Positions 61,537 to 64,000 of a stretch of DNA of 64,000 nucleotides are shown piece after piece. The notes beneath the pieces are model-generated. The model saw nothing but the letters and a program-made list of their open reading frames with translations. It ran no database searches and was not told the DNA's origin. The stretch lies in NCBI GenBank assembly GCA_043228905.1, contig JBHGNT010000018.1, forward strand, positions 13,950,001 through 14,014,000. The letters are read 5' to 3'. Source of the DNA: Azolla caroliniana. Its lineage: Eukaryota > Plantae > Polypodiophyta. Position numbers and translations under genes: made by a program. The first letter of the stretch is position 1. Every line of letters begins with the position of its first letter.

Positions 61537-63599
61537 ATAATGTATATACGATTCATACACACAAAATATGACCAAAACAATATAATTGATGAACATGGAC
61601 ATATCTGCACGACTCAACCTCTCCTTTTGATGAAGCAGAAAACCAAAGGTAACCAAACACCCTCAAATATTGGGCTTTAAAGTAAGTCGTTGTCATGTAG
61701 AAGCAATTAAGAAGATAAGGAAATGTAAGTTATTATCTACATTGACTCCAAGGACCACACCCACAATGAAACCTTCAACCCCTCGCACCTTTTTGAGAGA
61801 GTTAAGAATGGAAATGAAGCTTGCCTTCACACATTCAAACGCTTTTATTTATGTTTCTTTTATTTTTATTTTCAATGATTGGGTACACATACTGTTATTG
61901 TAATCAATTGTCTCATGGGCTAAATTTTGGTCTTGGAAGACGCCAATGTATCTTTCTTTTTGTCTTCTTTTTTTCTTCATTCTTCATTCTTCTTTCACAA
62001 AGGAGATTCAATGGGCCATTAACAACATTGTAATAGTAAGATAAGATTTACTTAATAAAGTTTTCCAAATTTAAGAGTCAAATTTATGAAAGTTTCTCAA
62101 AATACACAACCCCAAGGTTTTTTGGAGTTCAAGCTTTATCAAAAATGATATTTGTCATACTCATAATTAATTTATGAGTTGATTTAACAATTATGCTTAC
62201 ATTAGTCATTATCTACTTTATTATCATCATACATCTTGGTCTTTGATGATGTTCCCCCTTAATTTTAATTTAGGTAATCTTTGAATTACAATTAATGTTT
62301 TTCTAAGAATATTGCTATTTTAGGAGGCTTTTGTTCATAAATTTATAGGTGTCTTTAAAGAGAACTTTACAACATTATCATTCATCATGGAATTTTTAAA
62401 AATATATTATATCTACTTTTAGATATTTTTTGACAACTACAATTTTTCTTAAAGTTTTGTCCCTAGTATGCACTTTTTGTCAAAACTAAATTCTGTTAAC
62501 CAATCCATTACTTTTAACCAATCAGTCCTAACTTTTGGTCGAAATTTAATACGATTAACTAGTCTACTTCACTACTTTTGGCCTATTAATCCTAACAATA
62601 CATTGATTATATTCCCTTACCATAACTACTTCCCTCCCGACAAATATTTAAATGATGCTCATTTCTTTATTGATTGGATATTGGATGTTTTGAGTAATAT
62701 TCAAAATAAAAGTTTATAACTAAAAGCATTTTACCAAGAATAACTCTTTATTGATAACCATATATATTTTTCAATTGAAAATGTAAAATAATAGAAAAGC
62801 GCATGAGGAGGGAACATACCTTTGCAAATTTGTATCCGTGTATACTTGGTTATCACTTTCTTGTCATCCCCAAACATCAACAAATAATATTGAAGTAAAC
62901 TAGATTTTGAATTGTTTTGTCATTCACCCATTATACAAAGATATGCTTTTTTGGGTCAATAAAAGATGCATCTTTCTTCACAAAACCATTTTTCTCTTCA
63001 ATTAAATCATTTAGAAACAAAAAGGTACATGACAAGCCAATGAAACTTACAAATATGTATTGGACTTCATTAGGTTCCATAAAGCTACAAATGTTAAGAT
63101 ATAAGCAAATACTATTTATTTAGAAAGAATTAAACTAGATTTTGAAGTTGTTCTTTCATTGATCCATGATGCAAAGACATGTGCTTTTCTTGGGGCAATG
63201 ATATGTATCAATCTTGTTTACAATAAATCGGTCTTCACATTTTCCTTCAAAGTTGTTGTCAGATTCTTTGGTTCACCATCAATGTTATTTTGATTTCTAA
63301 TGCATTTTATTGTCATTATAAAATGATTTTCTGTGAGACTTTTTTAATTGCCATATTCTAGAGTCGAGACATTAGTTTGGTTTGTTGTATTTCATAAATA
63401 ATGTTGTCCTAAGTATTGAATATCCGACAAAGATTTTCCTTTTTTAATATATATCTAAAACCTCGACTCCATGTAATGTTTGTACCACAAGGTGTTGCCA
63501 CTTTTACCTATGCTAATGGTTGGGTAATGGGTATATCATGTTCTTGTCACTGGAATAACCCATCACGAGTTCAACAGAGAGAGAAGTCAAAGATTGAAT

Positions 63600-64000
63600 T
63601 CTAGGATTATAAATATGTTAATTGGTGATTGTATGGAAATACACAAGCTTGATTGGAAAACAGATGCATAATTGATAATGTGTTGACCTTTTGGGAGGCG
63701 ATTGCCTTGGTAAAGAAAACCAATCAACATATTGCATGTCTCATGCTTGACTTCGAGAAGGCGTATGACAGAGTACAATGGTCTTTTTTAGATAAAGTGA
63801 TGGAGAGGTTGGGACTGCCCTCAAAATGGAGATCAGCTACGTTAGCCCTTTACGAAGGAAGTTTGAGTAGGGTGATGGTGTCAGGACATCGGGGCCCACC
63901 AATTCCATTATGCAAGTCTGTCAGGCTAGGGTGCTCGTTGGCCCCCTACCTTTATTTATTTATTGCAAAGCCATTCTCTTTCTTTTTAAACAAACCAAAT
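63600..64000 (+). mobile_element. L1/Tx1-clade LINE reverse transcriptase fragment running off the window
   Basis: CLMLDFEKAYDRVQWSFL and SVRLGCSLAPYLYL motifs. Confidence 0.85.

Noticed and set aside
61537-63590. Possible decayed transposase or gene in the AT-rich stretch
   Set aside because: No motif, terminal repeat or sustained frame could be recognised by eye

Overview
Eukaryotic, repeat-dense window, most likely from a non-seed land plant such as a fern or lycophyte (inferred from element lineages and microsatellites). It holds one intact host gene (6781-8439, uncharacterised multi-pass membrane protein) among decayed, nested transposons. There are four copies of a Tcn1/Tf1-sushi-like chromovirus, another chromovirus, several Ty1/copia pieces, three LINE remnants, a hAT MITE and a CACTA end. 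A three-level nest spans 30.5-55.4 kb: non-chromovirus gypsy A (31640-52299, TSD CTTCT) sits inside a related antisense element B and itself contains copia C (33840-39929, TSD GAAAC) and a fungal-type gypsy D (43125-49813). The most striking signals are non-coding. (1) An antisense tRNA-like A-box/B-box module lies in the U3 of LTRs from two unrelated gypsy lineages. (2) The Tcn1-like LTRs also carry heat-shock-element arrays and a self-priming sequence. (3) D has a GGAUUUU slippery site plus predicted H-type pseudoknot placed after the protease, and a tRNA-Trp PBS. (4) A and B have a conserved hairpin motif instead of a polypurine tract and share a long coiled-coil extra ORF. All calls and mismatch counts are by eye; no searches were run.
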